Notes: generated by a model from the letters alone, not told the origin. A stretch of 64,000 nucleotides of DNA from Eledone cirrhosa (GCA_964016885.1 OZ024742.1:315456001-315520000); one strand, 5' to 3'. Shown: positions 1 through 15,472, counted from the first letter of the stretch. Numbers and translations: made by a program.

Positions 1-246
1 GAGAGAGATGGAGAGCATGTTTCATTGGAATATGGAAAAACAAATCGCATTAGTTTTTTTTTTCTAATTTTTTCCATATTTTCTTATACAATTCTTATGC
101 ATTCACATATATAAGATTTATGGAGCTGTTATTGTGATGGTAGAGTGTTGTGCTAGATAAATGTATTAATCACTGTATTTCTAATGAAATACACTCTATT
201 TTAATTAGTTTGTGAAGAATTTTGAGAGATTTAGAATAATTATTAA

Positions 247-467
247 CCCTTTAGCATTTAAACCAGCCATACCCAGCCAGAATTCTCTCACCTCTTATTG
301 TTCAAACTGGATGTAACTGGCTGCCTATACCTAGATTAAGGTATTGTTCTGAAAATAAATAACATCAAAATCTCATAGATTCGATATCATATGAGATAAT
401 TATGTGAGGTAAAGCCTTTACGGCAAAAATACAACAGTAAATATAGAGTAATGTAAATGCTAAAGGG
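247..467 (+). mobile_element. piggyBac-type MITE family 1 (~220 bp)
   Basis: TTAA|CCCTTTAGCATTTA ... TAAATGCTAAAGGG|TTAA terminal inverted repeats with TTAA target site. Confidence 0.88.
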
Positions 468-502
468 TTAAATATTTCATTACTAAGATAGCAGTGACTT
501 AA

Positions 503-719
503 CCCTTTAGCATTCACATTACTCGATATTTACTATATTTTCATGGTAAAGGCTTTACCTCACATAATTATCTCACATAACATCGAATCTATGAAATTTT
601 GAAAGTATTTATTTTGAGAACAATACCTTAACATCAGTATCAGTGGCCAGTTACGGCCAGTTTCAACAGAAAGAGGTAGAGAATTCTGGCCGGTTTTGGC
701 CGGTTTGAACATTAAAGAG
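503..719 (-). mobile_element. piggyBac-type MITE family 1, inverted copy
   Basis: Same TIRs and TTAA flanks; internal sequence is the reverse complement of 247-467. Confidence 0.85.
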
Positions 720-1072
720 TTAACATGTTTCATTTATATAATCATGTTGGAACTGAAGACAACATAAAACTACTCAACCATCCCATACTATCTTTACTAC
801 TTTAAAACACTTCAAATAGATGTTCAAATGATTTCTTCCTTTGAAATATTTCAACTAAAGGTGTTCAAACAGTCAAATAATAAACATATAAATAAATCTC
901 AAATAACAAACAAAAAACAAAAACATAAACATGATCAATGTTTTGGTTAAAAAAAACCATAATCATAATTAATATATTTTTTTTAATTTCATCATTTTCT
1001 GCTTCTAAACAGATACTGAGTTTAAAGAAGTTTCTGAAATTAGATTTACATGTATGCGTGTGTAAATGTGCA

Positions 1073-1136
<64 letters not shown>

Positions 1137-2804
1137 TCAGTTGAAAAAATTCATTTTTTTTTCATTGTTTATTTTTTTTTGCATTTTCATTTTTTTCTTT
1201 TTTTATACTTTTTTTTAATTTTATCATTTTTTTTTCAGTTATTACTTTTTATTTTTGTTTTATTTCCTTTTTTTTATTTTTGCTTTTTTTTTTTGTTCTT
1301 TTGTATTGTATATATTTGTTGTTGTTTTATCAAAATTGAAAAGTTGAATAAAGCATAGGAATAAAGAGGAGAATTTGCTTTGTTACGAGTCATTTATCCA
1401 TACCATATCTGGAGAGAATTGTTCATAACTTCATCTGTGTAAGATATTATAGATACACTATATCCATGTGTATCATATGGATTGATACACTATATCCGTG
1501 TGTGACATCTGACAGTAAAACATTTCCTTAAAAAGGACTCCATGATGAGTATCAAGCCTGCAGGGAAAATTGGCTTAAAACACACCTTGTTGTTGTTGTT
1601 GTTGTTGTTGTATGAATTCCTAAAAAGGCAACATCAGTAAATGTCTATATGTATGAATGTAGATTATGTATGTATATATGTATATGTAGATTATGTATGT
1701 ATATATACATCGCTTGATATGTGACATTTATTTTGGGATGCATGGCATGGCTGGCCATGGGCAAGTCCATAGCAGGACTACAAAAGCCATGTCTGTGATG
1801 CTCATGCTTAAGTATCAAGCGATGGCATTACTCGAAATTGAGTTGCAGCCAACATCATGTATGTATGTTTATATGAATAAATGTAAGTATGTTTTCATGT
1901 ATATTTTATATATATATATGTATGTATGTATTCTTGTGCTGTAGCTGGTTTGAATGGTAAAAGCAGTTAGTTGGTGAATGAGATTATGGTAATTGTAGTG
2001 GTGTTTGTGATTAATGTTGGTCTTATTAGTGCCACTGGTGTTGGTAGTGATTATAGGGATGGTAACAAAAACATATTGACTACCAAATCTACCAACCATT
2101 CAATCAAACAACCATGACAACTAAGCCAACCGTGACAATCAATCAAACCACCAATCTAGACATATTTCATTCAAAAAATTACTCACTTAACTAATCAGTT
2201 ATACTTGGATGGTCATGTCTGAAATGTCTTTCATCATTGGTCTACTGATTGAGGCTGACCTGTGGCTAAACACCACCACCAACAACAACAACAACAACCA
2301 ATTAATCACCAATTTCTTCCTACACCGGATAATATCATTGTAAATAAATTAACCTTCTGCACACTCTAGGCACCGTATGTCGCCAATAGAGTAATCTCCC
2401 CTTAATACAATATGCAGTGTCAAGGCAAGTAATTCATAAACAAATTCAGCATGCTAATTGTTAATATTTCAATATTTGATGTAGATGTGTAATAGATGAA
2501 GTCAACAGCTCAATGCTCCAGTCATCTGAAAAGGCCATCAACAAGAGAGTAACTCAACTTCAAAAAAGAGGGTAAAATGTCTGTTGTCGTATTTTTTTCT
2601 TTTCCAAATGTGTACAGTGATCTAAAGGAAGTAAAAATATCAGCAAAGTATCAAAATAAGATTGTGAATTTATTTTACAAGATGCTTGCCATTAGATAGA
2701 AAACCCGAACTTTCACAATTGGTAATGTTATCTATTTAAAACATAAAAGAAATTATACATAAAATCTATAGAAGATGAATTTAAAATTGAATATCACACT
2801 ACAA

Positions 2805-4720
<1,916 letters not shown>

Positions 4721-5539
4721 ATATATAAACAACCTCTGGCTATTTGACATATTGAGTGTCAAACATTGATTAGATCCACCTCAAACAATGTTTGATAATA
4801 TTCAATTGAGACGTATAATTGTTCTAATGATAACGATGATACTGAAAGTAGTTATAGTTGTTGTTAGTGTTGGTAATTGTATTATCATTTACTTTTATAT
4901 TCAACATTCTGTTGCATATTTCCGCTCCATCATCTAATTCATATAAATCATACTTTAATGTTGCCACTTTTACATATTTATCAGTAATACACTGGGGTTG
5001 ATTTAATCAACTTTTCCCTTTTCAAAAATTGTTGGCCCTGTGCCTAAATCAGAAACCATCATGTATTATTGTTTTATATGATATTTTTATATGATATTTT
5101 ATATTATAGTTTACATATTCCTGGTAACGTGTTTATTTATATTTTTCATGTTTTATCTCTACTAGTGCAGACATGAACAGACTTTTCTTCTGGCCACAGC
5201 CCTTATAAGATATTCCTATATAAATTAGGCTTCACCATCATAATAAAAATCTAAATAGCTATCATATAAAGTCCATATTACACTAAGCAGATCATAAATA
5301 TTTCATTTAAAGAAAGTGTGAACAAACGAAAAAAAAAGAAACAGAATTATTGAATGCTTTTGAAATGAAACCACTTTTAACCATACTTGATTCTACACAA
5401 CAAAAATGTTTGTTTTAAAATGCTTATATCTATCAAAAAACTTTCCATTATGATTTTATATGAGATCCTTTTATGTTATGTTCCAAATCTCCAGGTTGAT
5501 AATGAGAAAGTTAGTTATATTATAAAATATTTCCAAATA

Positions 5540-6250
5540 CTTAGAAAGGAAGACTTTGTATGCACAGGAGTAATCAAAGGGGGAGATCATCAGTGATATA
5601 AATCTCTCCAAGTCACAGGAAGGATCCATAGAAGTGGTTGGTAGTTTCTGCTATCTGGGTGACTTAATTAGCAATGGAGGAAGGTGCTCTGAGAGCATAA
5701 TAGCTAGAATAAGGATAGGATGGAAGAAGTTTAGAGAGTTACTTCCATTGTTGACAACAAAAGGTTTCTCCCTATGTACAAAAGGACAACTGTATGACAC
5801 CTGTGTGCAAACTGCAATGCTGCATGGTAGTGAAACATGGACAGTGACTGCAGAGAAAGGAAGCAGCCATGCTTTGCTGGATGTGCAATCTAAATGTGAG
5901 AGAAAGGCAGAGTGTTGGGATGAACTGTGGGAGAAACTGAGTTTAAGTGGAATCTGAGGTAGTGTGCAGGAGAGATGACTGCATTGGTATGGACATGTGA
6001 TCTGCATGGATGATGATCAATGAGAGAAGAAATGCTAGGAAATGCCAGTGGAAGGAAGCCACAGTAGAGGACGAACGAGAAAGACTTGTGCTGAGGTGGT
6101 GAGAGCTGACCTCAAATTGCTAAGACTCATGGAGGAGATGACAAAGAAATGCAGAGAGTGGAAAGAGGCTGTACTGAGAAAGACCCATCCAACCCATGTG
6201 AGCATGGAAAAATGGATGTAAAAACGATGATGTGGATGATGATGATGATA
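5540..6250 (+). mobile_element. RTE LINE 3' fragment
   Basis: SFCYLGDLIS, GWKKFRELLPLL, MLHGSETW; (GAT)n tail. Confidence 0.9.
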
Positions 6251-7506
6251 ATATACATATTCTGTGTTGAGGCTGTTGGTGCAGTCAGATACTTTGCTAG
6301 AACTGTGTATCCTGAGATTACAGGGTCAATTATTTCTTCTATTTTTTATAGGTCAGTAAAATAAGTAGCAACCAGTTACTGAGGTTGATATAATCAAATG
6401 TTCCCTCCCAGAAAAATCTCTGACTATGTGCCTATGTAAGAAATAGTTATTTTCACTATTACTGGGTGACAGATTGTCAGATTTGTTACAATGTCAGACA
6501 AATGGCCTTGCAGCAATTAGTTATAGATTTTGAATTCAACTGCCATAGATGTCAACATGAACAATGATTATTCTGAGTTGATAGACTAAGTATCAGTCAC
6601 CTATACACACCCAAACTAAATCTCTGTTCTTGTCCCTATGTAAGAAATCCTCATTATCGTTATTCATATCATCATCATTGTCATTGCTGGTGTTATTGCA
6701 AATAATCCGCTTTAAAACTACAAGAAAATATTATCATTATCAGAACATCATCACTATCATCAATATATCCATTATTATGTTTGTTTGAGGGTGAAGGTTT
6801 GGCAGTATCGATAGATCATTGGACAACAAGCTTTGTGGCATGTAATTATTTATGGCCCTTTACATTCTGAGCTCAAATCCCACTGAGGTTAGCCTTGCCT
6901 TTCATCCTTACGGAGTCGATAATATGAAGTACCAGTAACACTCTGGGGTCGATTAATCAACTTTCCCTTTCCTTTCAAATTACTGCCCTTGTGTCAAATG
7001 GAAAAACAATTATTATAACATATTTTATTTTAGGGCAGTGGATTGGCAATATATTTAAAGCATCAGACAAAATTCTTTTCAATGTTTGTTCCAGCTCTAT
7101 ATATTCTGAGGTCAAAGCCTTTTGCCTAAGGCTCTAACACATCTGCCTCAATTTAATAAAGACTTAATAAGACATCAGGTTAATAATGAAAAAGTTATTT
7201 GTTCAAATTCTTCATTATTTTGAAAATTAATTGAAACAAATAAGCGATGGATTTCCTTTGAAATATGATAATTAAAGAATTAAAAAATGAGTTATTGTAA
7301 TTATGATGGTTATAAAATGATATGTCAATCAAATGATCAAAAGTAATTAGGAACTACTGAAATAAACTCGAAATGAAGTTAAAACAACTTTATAAATAAA
7401 CAGCTTGAGGCATAAAGCAATTTGTATGGTTTTTCAAAAAAAATTGTATGCAATAATTTCAATACCAAAGAGGTTGTTACAGGAATATCAGCGAAATGGA
7501 TGGTAA

Positions 7507-7725
7507 CCCTTTAGCATTTAAAGCAGACGTATCCGGCCATAATTCTCTCACCTCTTTCTGTTCAAACAGGCCATAACTGTCCACTCATACTGATGTTAAA
7601 ATATTTTTCTCAAAATAAATAACATAAAAATCTTGTAGATTCAATATTAAGAGATAATTATGTAAGATAAAGCCTTTACCACAAAAGTACAATCATATAT
7701 ATAGAGCAATGTAAATGTTAAAGGG
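7507..7725 (+). mobile_element. piggyBac-type MITE family 1
   Basis: Same TIRs and body. Confidence 0.85.
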
Positions 7726-8078
7726 TTAAATGATTATATATACACACAGGCAAGCACATACACACAGACATGCATATATATATATATTATATATGTGGGG
7801 GGGAGAATAATAATAAAGATTTGAAGACACATCTAATGCTTTTTTTATATATATACATGCACATTTACCGTACATAACTAAAAGTATTTAGTTCATACAA
7901 AATACAGTGTCTTTTTTTTTTATTTCCTTTTAATATAAGTTTGTTTTCAGAAATAGTCCTGTTTATCATTAGATAAGACTATTTCAGAAAAACTACACAT
8001 ATGAAATATATGCATATAAGTTATTTTTATGAATTAATTTCTTTTCGTTGTATACTGAAAATTTGCATGTATATACTC

Positions 8079-8156
8079 AGGGTATCCTCCAAAAATATAT
8101 ACATATATTTATTAGAATACTGTTGAAGTGTGTATAGATTTTTTGGAGACACCCTG
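8079..8156. mobile_element. Tc1/mariner-type palindromic MITE
   Basis: cagggtatcctccaaaaatatatacac ... gtgtatagattttttggagacaccctg; sibling at 51097-51175. Confidence 0.75.
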
Positions 8157-8257
8157 TATTTACATAGACAGAGATAGAATGTATGGAGGAAATACACAGA
8201 TACCACTACTAACTTTAAAGAGTAATGATATGAAGATGCACCAAGACACATACATAC

Positions 8258-8288
<31 letters not shown>

Positions 8289-8707
8289 TATCTGGGATCA
8301 TCTGTATGTTTTATAAGTTCAATGGATCTGAATCTAGAAAATTCCTCTCCAAGACAGATCAGAGCAGGCTTTTTTGTGAAAGACCAGCAGTTGCCTATAC
8401 ATTCAAGTCTACACTCTCCACACCACTAATGTGATCCAAGAGAATGACTGAGGGCATTACAGCCTAGAACAAATGATATTGCAAGAAAACTCAGAAAGTT
8501 AGGGATAAATGAGACGATTATACCAATCAACCACCCTGAACTGCTACTATATTTTTATTTATCAAACCCAAAAGAATGAAAAGCAAAGTTGACAGTGGTA
8601 TTCCTATAAAGCACAGAGGGTCAAAGCATCTGCCACAAGGCTTATAATATGCTGCTCTAATGAATCTGTCTATCTGCTGCCATATATATATATATACGAG
8701 AGAGAGA

Positions 8708-8880
8708 AGAAGACTACAGAAAACATGGGCAGAGGTGGTGAGAGCTGACCTCAGATCACTGAAGTTCACAGAGGAGATGATGAAGGACCGTGACGAGTGG
8801 AGGGATGCTGTGCTGAAGAGGACCCATCCCACCCTTGCAAGCAGGGAAAAAGCAGGCGTAAAATGATGATGATCATGATG
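8708..8880 (+). mobile_element. RTE LINE extreme 3' end
   Basis: KTWAEVVRADLRSLKFTEEMMKDRDEWRDAVL plus the acccttgcaagcagggaaaaagc tail. Confidence 0.88.
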
Positions 8881-10761
8881 ATATACACGTTGGGAAATAA
8901 AAATAGTGGTATTTGCAGAGACAAGAGCTTTCATAATTCCCCTAGTTGTAGTTGTTATTGTAAGAAATAACTGCATTAGTCTTGGTTGTTGTGAAAAAAT
9001 AATGATATAAGCAGAAGCATTAGCAACAGTAATAACAATGGGGATATTAATAGAAGTACTATTAGTTGATAGTAGAAGATGTTACAGGATTGGTAGAAGA
9101 AATACTAGTAGTGTAGGTATTGTGAATAGAATTTAAAATGTTGTAATGGTGGTGTTAATAGAAGTAGTAGTGGTGGTGGTAGCAGTGGTAATCGTAGTAG
9201 TAGTAGTAAATATTGGACTATCGCAATGTGTCTTGACAAATTTTCGCAAATCTATAATTATATTGATTTCTTACATCAGCACATTTTCAGATTTATATGA
9301 GAGAGGAAATGAAAATGTGTGACATTTGTAAAAATCTATTATCAACCTAAGTGCAGTCAAATGACTACTACTAGAATTTTATATGGGCCATAGATTCAGT
9401 TCTCTACAAATCTATAATTTTATTATGACATTCTATTGAAAATGCAGCTGACTTGGCACTTTATACCAAAATTATGTTATGGATACGAGACTGTGGAATT
9501 CTGAGCCACTGAAACATTAATTCTTGAGTGGAAAATTTAATTGATTGAACAAACTAAATGCTCATTGTTGAAACTAACAGAGGATCCATCATATATTTTT
9601 ATGGATAGGAAGCTAAACTATGAACAAGTCCATTAACATTTAGTAATAACTTTGTAACAGGCATCATATTTTTAGACACATTCTCTCTTATATACGCCAG
9701 GTCCAAATACAAAACAAAAGGACTAAACTCCCACTGTCACTGCCTCCGTCTCTCCCCATCTCCGACTATTGTGAACAAATGGGGGCTCATGCACTGGCGG
9801 AAAGAATAAAGGTGTAAAAGTTCCATTAACTAGAGACAAAAATAGCAGGATATGAAATCTCTTCAGCAACACAGTTGCTCTATCATCATTTCAATTTATG
9901 AACTTATGGTTAGGTGAGCCTAATAAATTGGGTTTTGATTTTCTTTATATATTCAATCTTAACACATGTTGGAAAGTATGAACATGTTTAGGTTTAGCAA
10001 CAACTACATCAGTGATTAAATGTGATGTAAATTCCTAGTAGTTGAACATGTGCAGTGCGCTATCAGAGGAAAATACCCATGGTTGAGGGAGGGCAAAGTG
10101 AACATAAAGGTGATGGAAGGGTCAGATCACATGATGCTGGCTCTTTGAGTTAAAAGAACAAATGCTAAAGACAACTGACAGCTGACTATATTGTAGATGT
10201 TTGCCACCCAAACCAGTATGGAAAATGGGCAAAGAATTATTATGGATGGCTCTTCTATATGGTAATTGTCCCTACTGATATGATATAGTATTTATAATCT
10301 ATTTTTTTCACATCATGCCATGATAAAAAGCACACTTTTTGCCCACCATGTAAAGTGATAGTGCTAGAGTCATGAGAAAATGCTCCAAGTATGTGTTTTA
10401 AAGGTGTTCAAGTTAAGAAAAGCATCTAGCTGTAGAAACCAAGCCAAAAACAGAGCATAAAAGCACGATGGGGGTCATATTGAGCGGTCTAGTCTCAATA
10501 TGTGACAATTTATCTAACCCATGCAAACATAGAAAATAGATGTTAAACAATGATGATGATATATATGACATGAGAAAAAGTACCTAGTCCACACTGTAAC
10601 ATGACTGATGTTAGGTAGGGCTTCCAGCAGCAGCAACCAAGCCAAGATACAGATCCATATGAGCATGCTGGTCTCCAGATCTGACCTATCTCATAACATG
10701 ACAGCCCATCTAATCGCTGCATGGAAAAATGGACGTCAAACAATAACGATGATGATGATGA

Positions 10762-11432
10762 TCATCATCATCATCATCATCATTTTACATCCGCTTTTTC
10801 CTGCTTGCAAGGGTGGGACGGGTTTTATTCAGCACAGCATCTCTCCACTTGTCACGGTCCTTCGTCATCTCCACCGTGAGCTTCAATGATCTGAGGTCTG
10901 TTCTCACCACCTCCGCCCATGTTTTTCGTGGTCTACCTCTACCATGTCTTCCTTCAACTGGCATTTCCTGGCACTTCTTCACCCATCGGTCATCCTCCAT
11001 GCGCACCACATCCATACCTCCTGTCTCCTCTCCCGTACACTACATTCTATCCCTCTCAGACACAGTTTCTCTCTCAACACATTTATGCTGGGTCGTTCAC
11101 GTACATTTACACTGCACATCCAATGGAGCATGCTTGCCTCATTTCTCTCCAGCCGTCACATATCCTCTGCAGTTGCTGCCCATGTCTCACTACCATGCAG
11201 CATCACGCTCCTCACACAGGCATCATACAACCGGCCTTTCGTACGCAGGGAGAAAACCTTCTTTGTCAACAGAGGAAGCAGCTCCCTAAACTTCTTCCAA
11301 CCCGTCCTTATTCTAGATACTATGGCCTCGGAACACCCTCCTCCCATGCTAATCTGATCTCCTAGGTACTGGAAGCTATCCACCACTTCTATAGCGCCCT
11401 CCTGCATTTGAAAAATGTGTCTATCAATGCGA
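10762..11432 (-). mobile_element. RTE LINE 3' fragment, same family as 49445-50777
   Basis: VVDSFQYLGDQIS, GWKKFRELLPLL, RGRPRKTWAEVVRTDL and the same tail. Confidence 0.92.
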
Positions 11433-11468
11433 TGATATATATATATATATATATGTCTATCAATGCGA

Positions 11469-11508
<40 letters not shown>

Positions 11509-11812
11509 CAAGGAAATGAAAAAACAGAGATACAAAAAGACTTATTAGTTTCACGCTTTATATGGGAAAGGGTAAAGAAAGTTCAATGAGTCAGTCTTTA
11601 GCTCTTCTTCAGGAGTTCAAAAAAATAGAGACAGGATCACAAAGAATAAATACAGAAAATAAAAGGTAGTCAATAGTAAAAAAAAATGAAAATAATGAGT
11701 ATATGCATACCCACACATATGTATATATATATATATATAACAAAGAGGGTGTGGTAAGATACCAGGGAACCATAACACACCGGAGCTCAGCTGTCACGGT
11801 CCCGACACTTTT

Positions 11813-11853
<41 letters not shown>

Positions 11854-13101
11854 TCATACATACATTTGTATATATATTTAAATCTATTGCTACTCAGTTT
11901 CTTATTGTGTTGATCCTTTATACATATTTTTGTCGCCTGAAGGAGCAAACACAAGAAACTCTGAGAATGACCTAGTGATCATCAGCTTCAAATAAATAAA
12001 CTGTTAAATATATAGTACACTTCGTAGTCATATTCTGTGTGTATCTGATTTTAAATATATACACCATACCCTTGCATGTTGTAAGAAGTAACTAAAATGA
12101 TTGCCACCAGAAAGGAAATCTAGTTGTAAAATATTGCCTAAAAAATGACCCCATGATGAGTATGAAGCATGACATGGGGACTAGCAAGGCTAACTTCTGT
12201 TGTACCACCCTATATTTTGTTTTTATATTCTGACTCATGGTTAAGACAAATACTGATAACACAGTCTACTAAGTTGTAAATATGTAGCATAAATTGTGTC
12301 CCTGTGTGTAGAGAAATGAGGAACATACTGTATTTTCTTAAGAGAACATTGCTGAGCTCAAATCTTAATCACAAGTATAATTTAGTGAAAGAAGACTCCA
12401 TGTAACATTTGATCTAGAAACACTACATGAAGACAAAGCCTTCAATTGCACTTCTATGACACATTATTCTTTGCAATAAAAATATGCATGCATACAGTCT
12501 TTGTCTGGTATAATGTATGGTTTTACTAATATAATACTGTGAATAGCTGGTTTAGAATATGTACACCATATCCCAGCATGTTGTAAGAGGTGATTAAAAG
12601 GGTTGATCATAAAACAACTTCATGGTGAGTAAGATTACGCCTCCAAATTAAGTAAGATTAATCATAGTACCTCCAAAGATAACCCCCTACATTAGCAGGG
12701 AAATTGGTCTTAAAACACTTAGTGGTGTGTTGTGTTTTCTTACATAATCAGCCTTCTTCAGAACATGCTTGAATTGTCAGTGTCCTGATTTAAATTGTCA
12801 TATTCCAATGAATATATTGCGCATTTCCAACTACATACGGTATAACACACAATATAAAGATTGTATGATATTAAGTTACTATACAATATTTATTTTCACA
12901 ATATTTTCAGTAATATGAAATCAGTTTTTTTTTCCCTTTTATCTATGCAATAATTCTATTATTGGTAATGTCATAGACACTGTAAAAACAGACAGCATCA
13001 CAAACAAAACAGTACAGTCCAAATAAAATAACTATTTTAGCTACTATGTATTCAAATATTGAATATTTGTATGCATAGAGTTTACTTATCTTATTTCACA
13101 G

Positions 13102-13160
13102 AGTCAGAACAATAAAAGTTGGATGCCATCTGATGACATCAACTCATCCTGATCAAGTAG
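13102..13160 (+). CDS. Candidate exon of an unidentified plus-strand gene
   Basis: Good acceptor (ttacttatcttatttcacag) and donors at 13157 (gtaggt) or 13161 (gtaaat). Open frame VRTIKVGCHLMTSTHPDQV. No family recognised. Confidence 0.35.
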
Positions 13161-13265
13161 GTAAATTAATGTATATATATATATATTTTATCCTATATAT
13201 TTTTAAAAAAATAATATATAAGAAAAACATACACCTTGAATTATTGTATTCTTTGACACCGATTC

Positions 13266-13443
13266 TTAATCTTCTGATGAGATACAAACATATTTAAACA
13301 CATACTAGTGTAAAGTATAAATATTGTTCCTCATGATTGTATTATTATAATTAATATTATTGCCATTACTATTATTATGGGTTACGATTTGCCTAGTTAT
13401 GTGTTTAATGAAAATTTTGTGTTGAAACAATTGTAAAGATTAA
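13266..13443 (+). ncRNA. Type I hammerhead ribozyme motif (Penelope/retrozyme type) with extended stem II
   Basis: Stem I ttaatctt (13266-73) pairs with aagattaa (13436-43). Core CTGATGA at 13274-80. Stem II gatacaaa pairs with tttgtgtt and extends through aaacacatactag/ctagttatgtgttt. GAAA at 13424-27, palindromic stem III caattg, GTA cleavage triplet at 13433-35. Confidence 0.8.
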
Positions 13444-13625
13444 ATGATTTAAGAACTTCTGTCATAATTTGTTGTGTGTATCATCATCATCATCATCATC
13501 ATCATCATTTTACGTCCGCTTTTCCCTGCTTGCCGTGACACCTCCACGACCACTTTGCAGTGGAATGATAGGGACCCCAGTCCCTATCATCTCATTTCTA
13601 CAGCTGAGTAAACTGAAGCAATGTG

Positions 13626-13658
<33 letters not shown>

Positions 13659-15267
13659 AAAGTGAGCAATTCCAATGGAACAAACACAATTTCAATCTTC
13701 AGCCATCCATTCTGGATCAACTTTCTTTAGCTGACATAACATCCAGATAACTGCTGCTGTGACCAGACAAGGTTGACTGGTGACTGCCTAAAAATGATGA
13801 GACATTATATATATATATATAGTGTGTGTGAGAGAGTATATATGTATATTGACCTTGCACAATTAATCCTTTCAAAGCTGATAACACAAGATCAAGACCT
13901 CTGCAGAAGACCAGCCATCCTTTGTGCATATAATGAAGCAAATATCTAGAGGGCATTGCCTTACACCAATCTTCCTCCTCTGTCACCCATACATGTTCAA
14001 CATCTTAATACTCACCCATCTCCAGCCTACATTCTAATTTTACTCTTAACTATTTCCACCCAACCCACCTGTCTAACTTGTGCATACAAGTATGGAAAGC
14101 TGGACACCTGCTCTTCCGCAGTCTTGTCTCCATGTAAGGTGGTTGTATTGATGACACAACAACAATTACCTAGTCTGCCCTAAAAGGTGGTCATGCTAGT
14201 GACATGACAAAAAGCCCCCAGTCCACCATGGAAGATAGACTTGCTAGTACCACAATAATAAAGCACCCAGTCACTCTCTAACATGGTTGTTTTGTTGCTA
14301 CATTAATTTGATATGAGAATCTTTTAATAATTGTTTCTACATTTGGCACAAGGCCAGCAATTACCCAGTACATTATTGGCACTTTATTTTATCGACCCCG
14401 TAAGGATGAAAGGCAAAGTTAACGTCGGCAGGATTTGAACTCAGATTGTAAGGGGACGTAACTGCTGGAAAGCATGTCCGACCCTCCAAATGAAATGATT
14501 AATAATTTAGTAAATGCCTCCAAATTTTTTTTTATAATTAATTTAAATACAGTACATTTCCTTAGGAATATGGTAATAAAAGTTTTAAGTCTCTGAACTG
14601 TAGCTACTCCTTAAAGGATCTTAGTTTATCATACATATTGCAGCATTTAATCTAGTCTCTGATAGTTATTTATCAATCTCTATTTGTCAAACTGCTAAGT
14701 TGTGAAAGAATATGTCCTAGTGGTTAGAGTCTTGAACTCAAGCATTAGGTCATGAGTTTGATTCCCAAACCAAGTAGCACACTGTAATCCTTAAGTAAAG
14801 CACTTCATTTCATGTTGCTCCAGTTCATTCAGTTGAAAATGAGTACCAGCGATGCACTGGTATTCCATTTCGTGCGCTCAGTTGCTTAATGCCTAAGGAA
14901 CTGGGGTAAACTTAAACTTTTGTCCAACGCATGCAAGCATGGAAGAACTGATGTAAAAACGAAAACAAAAAAAAAAAACTAAATTACAGGACACAAAAAA
15001 CACAACACTAATTAATTGGTGCAAACATATACACAAATATGGACATGAATATATATATTTAGTTGTATCTATATATCTGTGAAGCTGTATCTGATTTAGA
15101 ATAGGTACACTGTATTCCTCTGAATTGTAAGAGGCAACAAAAAGGTTGGAGTCAGGAAGGGCATCAGGCCATAAAACATTGCTTCAAAAAGAACCCGTTG
15201 ATGTGAATGAAGCCTGTCATGGCACCTATAATGCCAGCACCTGCTTTAGCAGGAAAGATAGCTCTAA

Positions 15268-15472
15268 CCCTTTAACATTTACATTGCTCTATATATATAT
15301 TATTATATTGTCACAGTAAAGGCTTTATCTCACATAATATCAAATCTATGAGATTTTGATATTATTTATTTTGAGAACAATACCTTAACATCAGTATTAG
15401 CAGCCAGTTACAGCCAGTTTTAACAGAAAGAGGTGAGAGAATTCTGGCTGGATACAACAGGTTTAAATGCTA
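15268..15472 (-). mobile_element. piggyBac-type MITE family 1
   Basis: Same body, one end eroded. Confidence 0.8.

Noticed and set aside
5166-5208. Possible plus-strand terminal exon ADMNRLFFWPQPL*
   Set aside because: Acceptor is plausible but the segment is too short and has no homology support
12725-12770. Minus-strand CTGAAGA...GAAAA as a hammerhead
   Set aside because: Stem II, stem I and the cleavage triplet cannot be formed; at most a truncated remnant
13128-13156. CTGATGA inside the candidate exon as a second hammerhead
   Set aside because: No downstream GAAA, stem III or stem I partner in register
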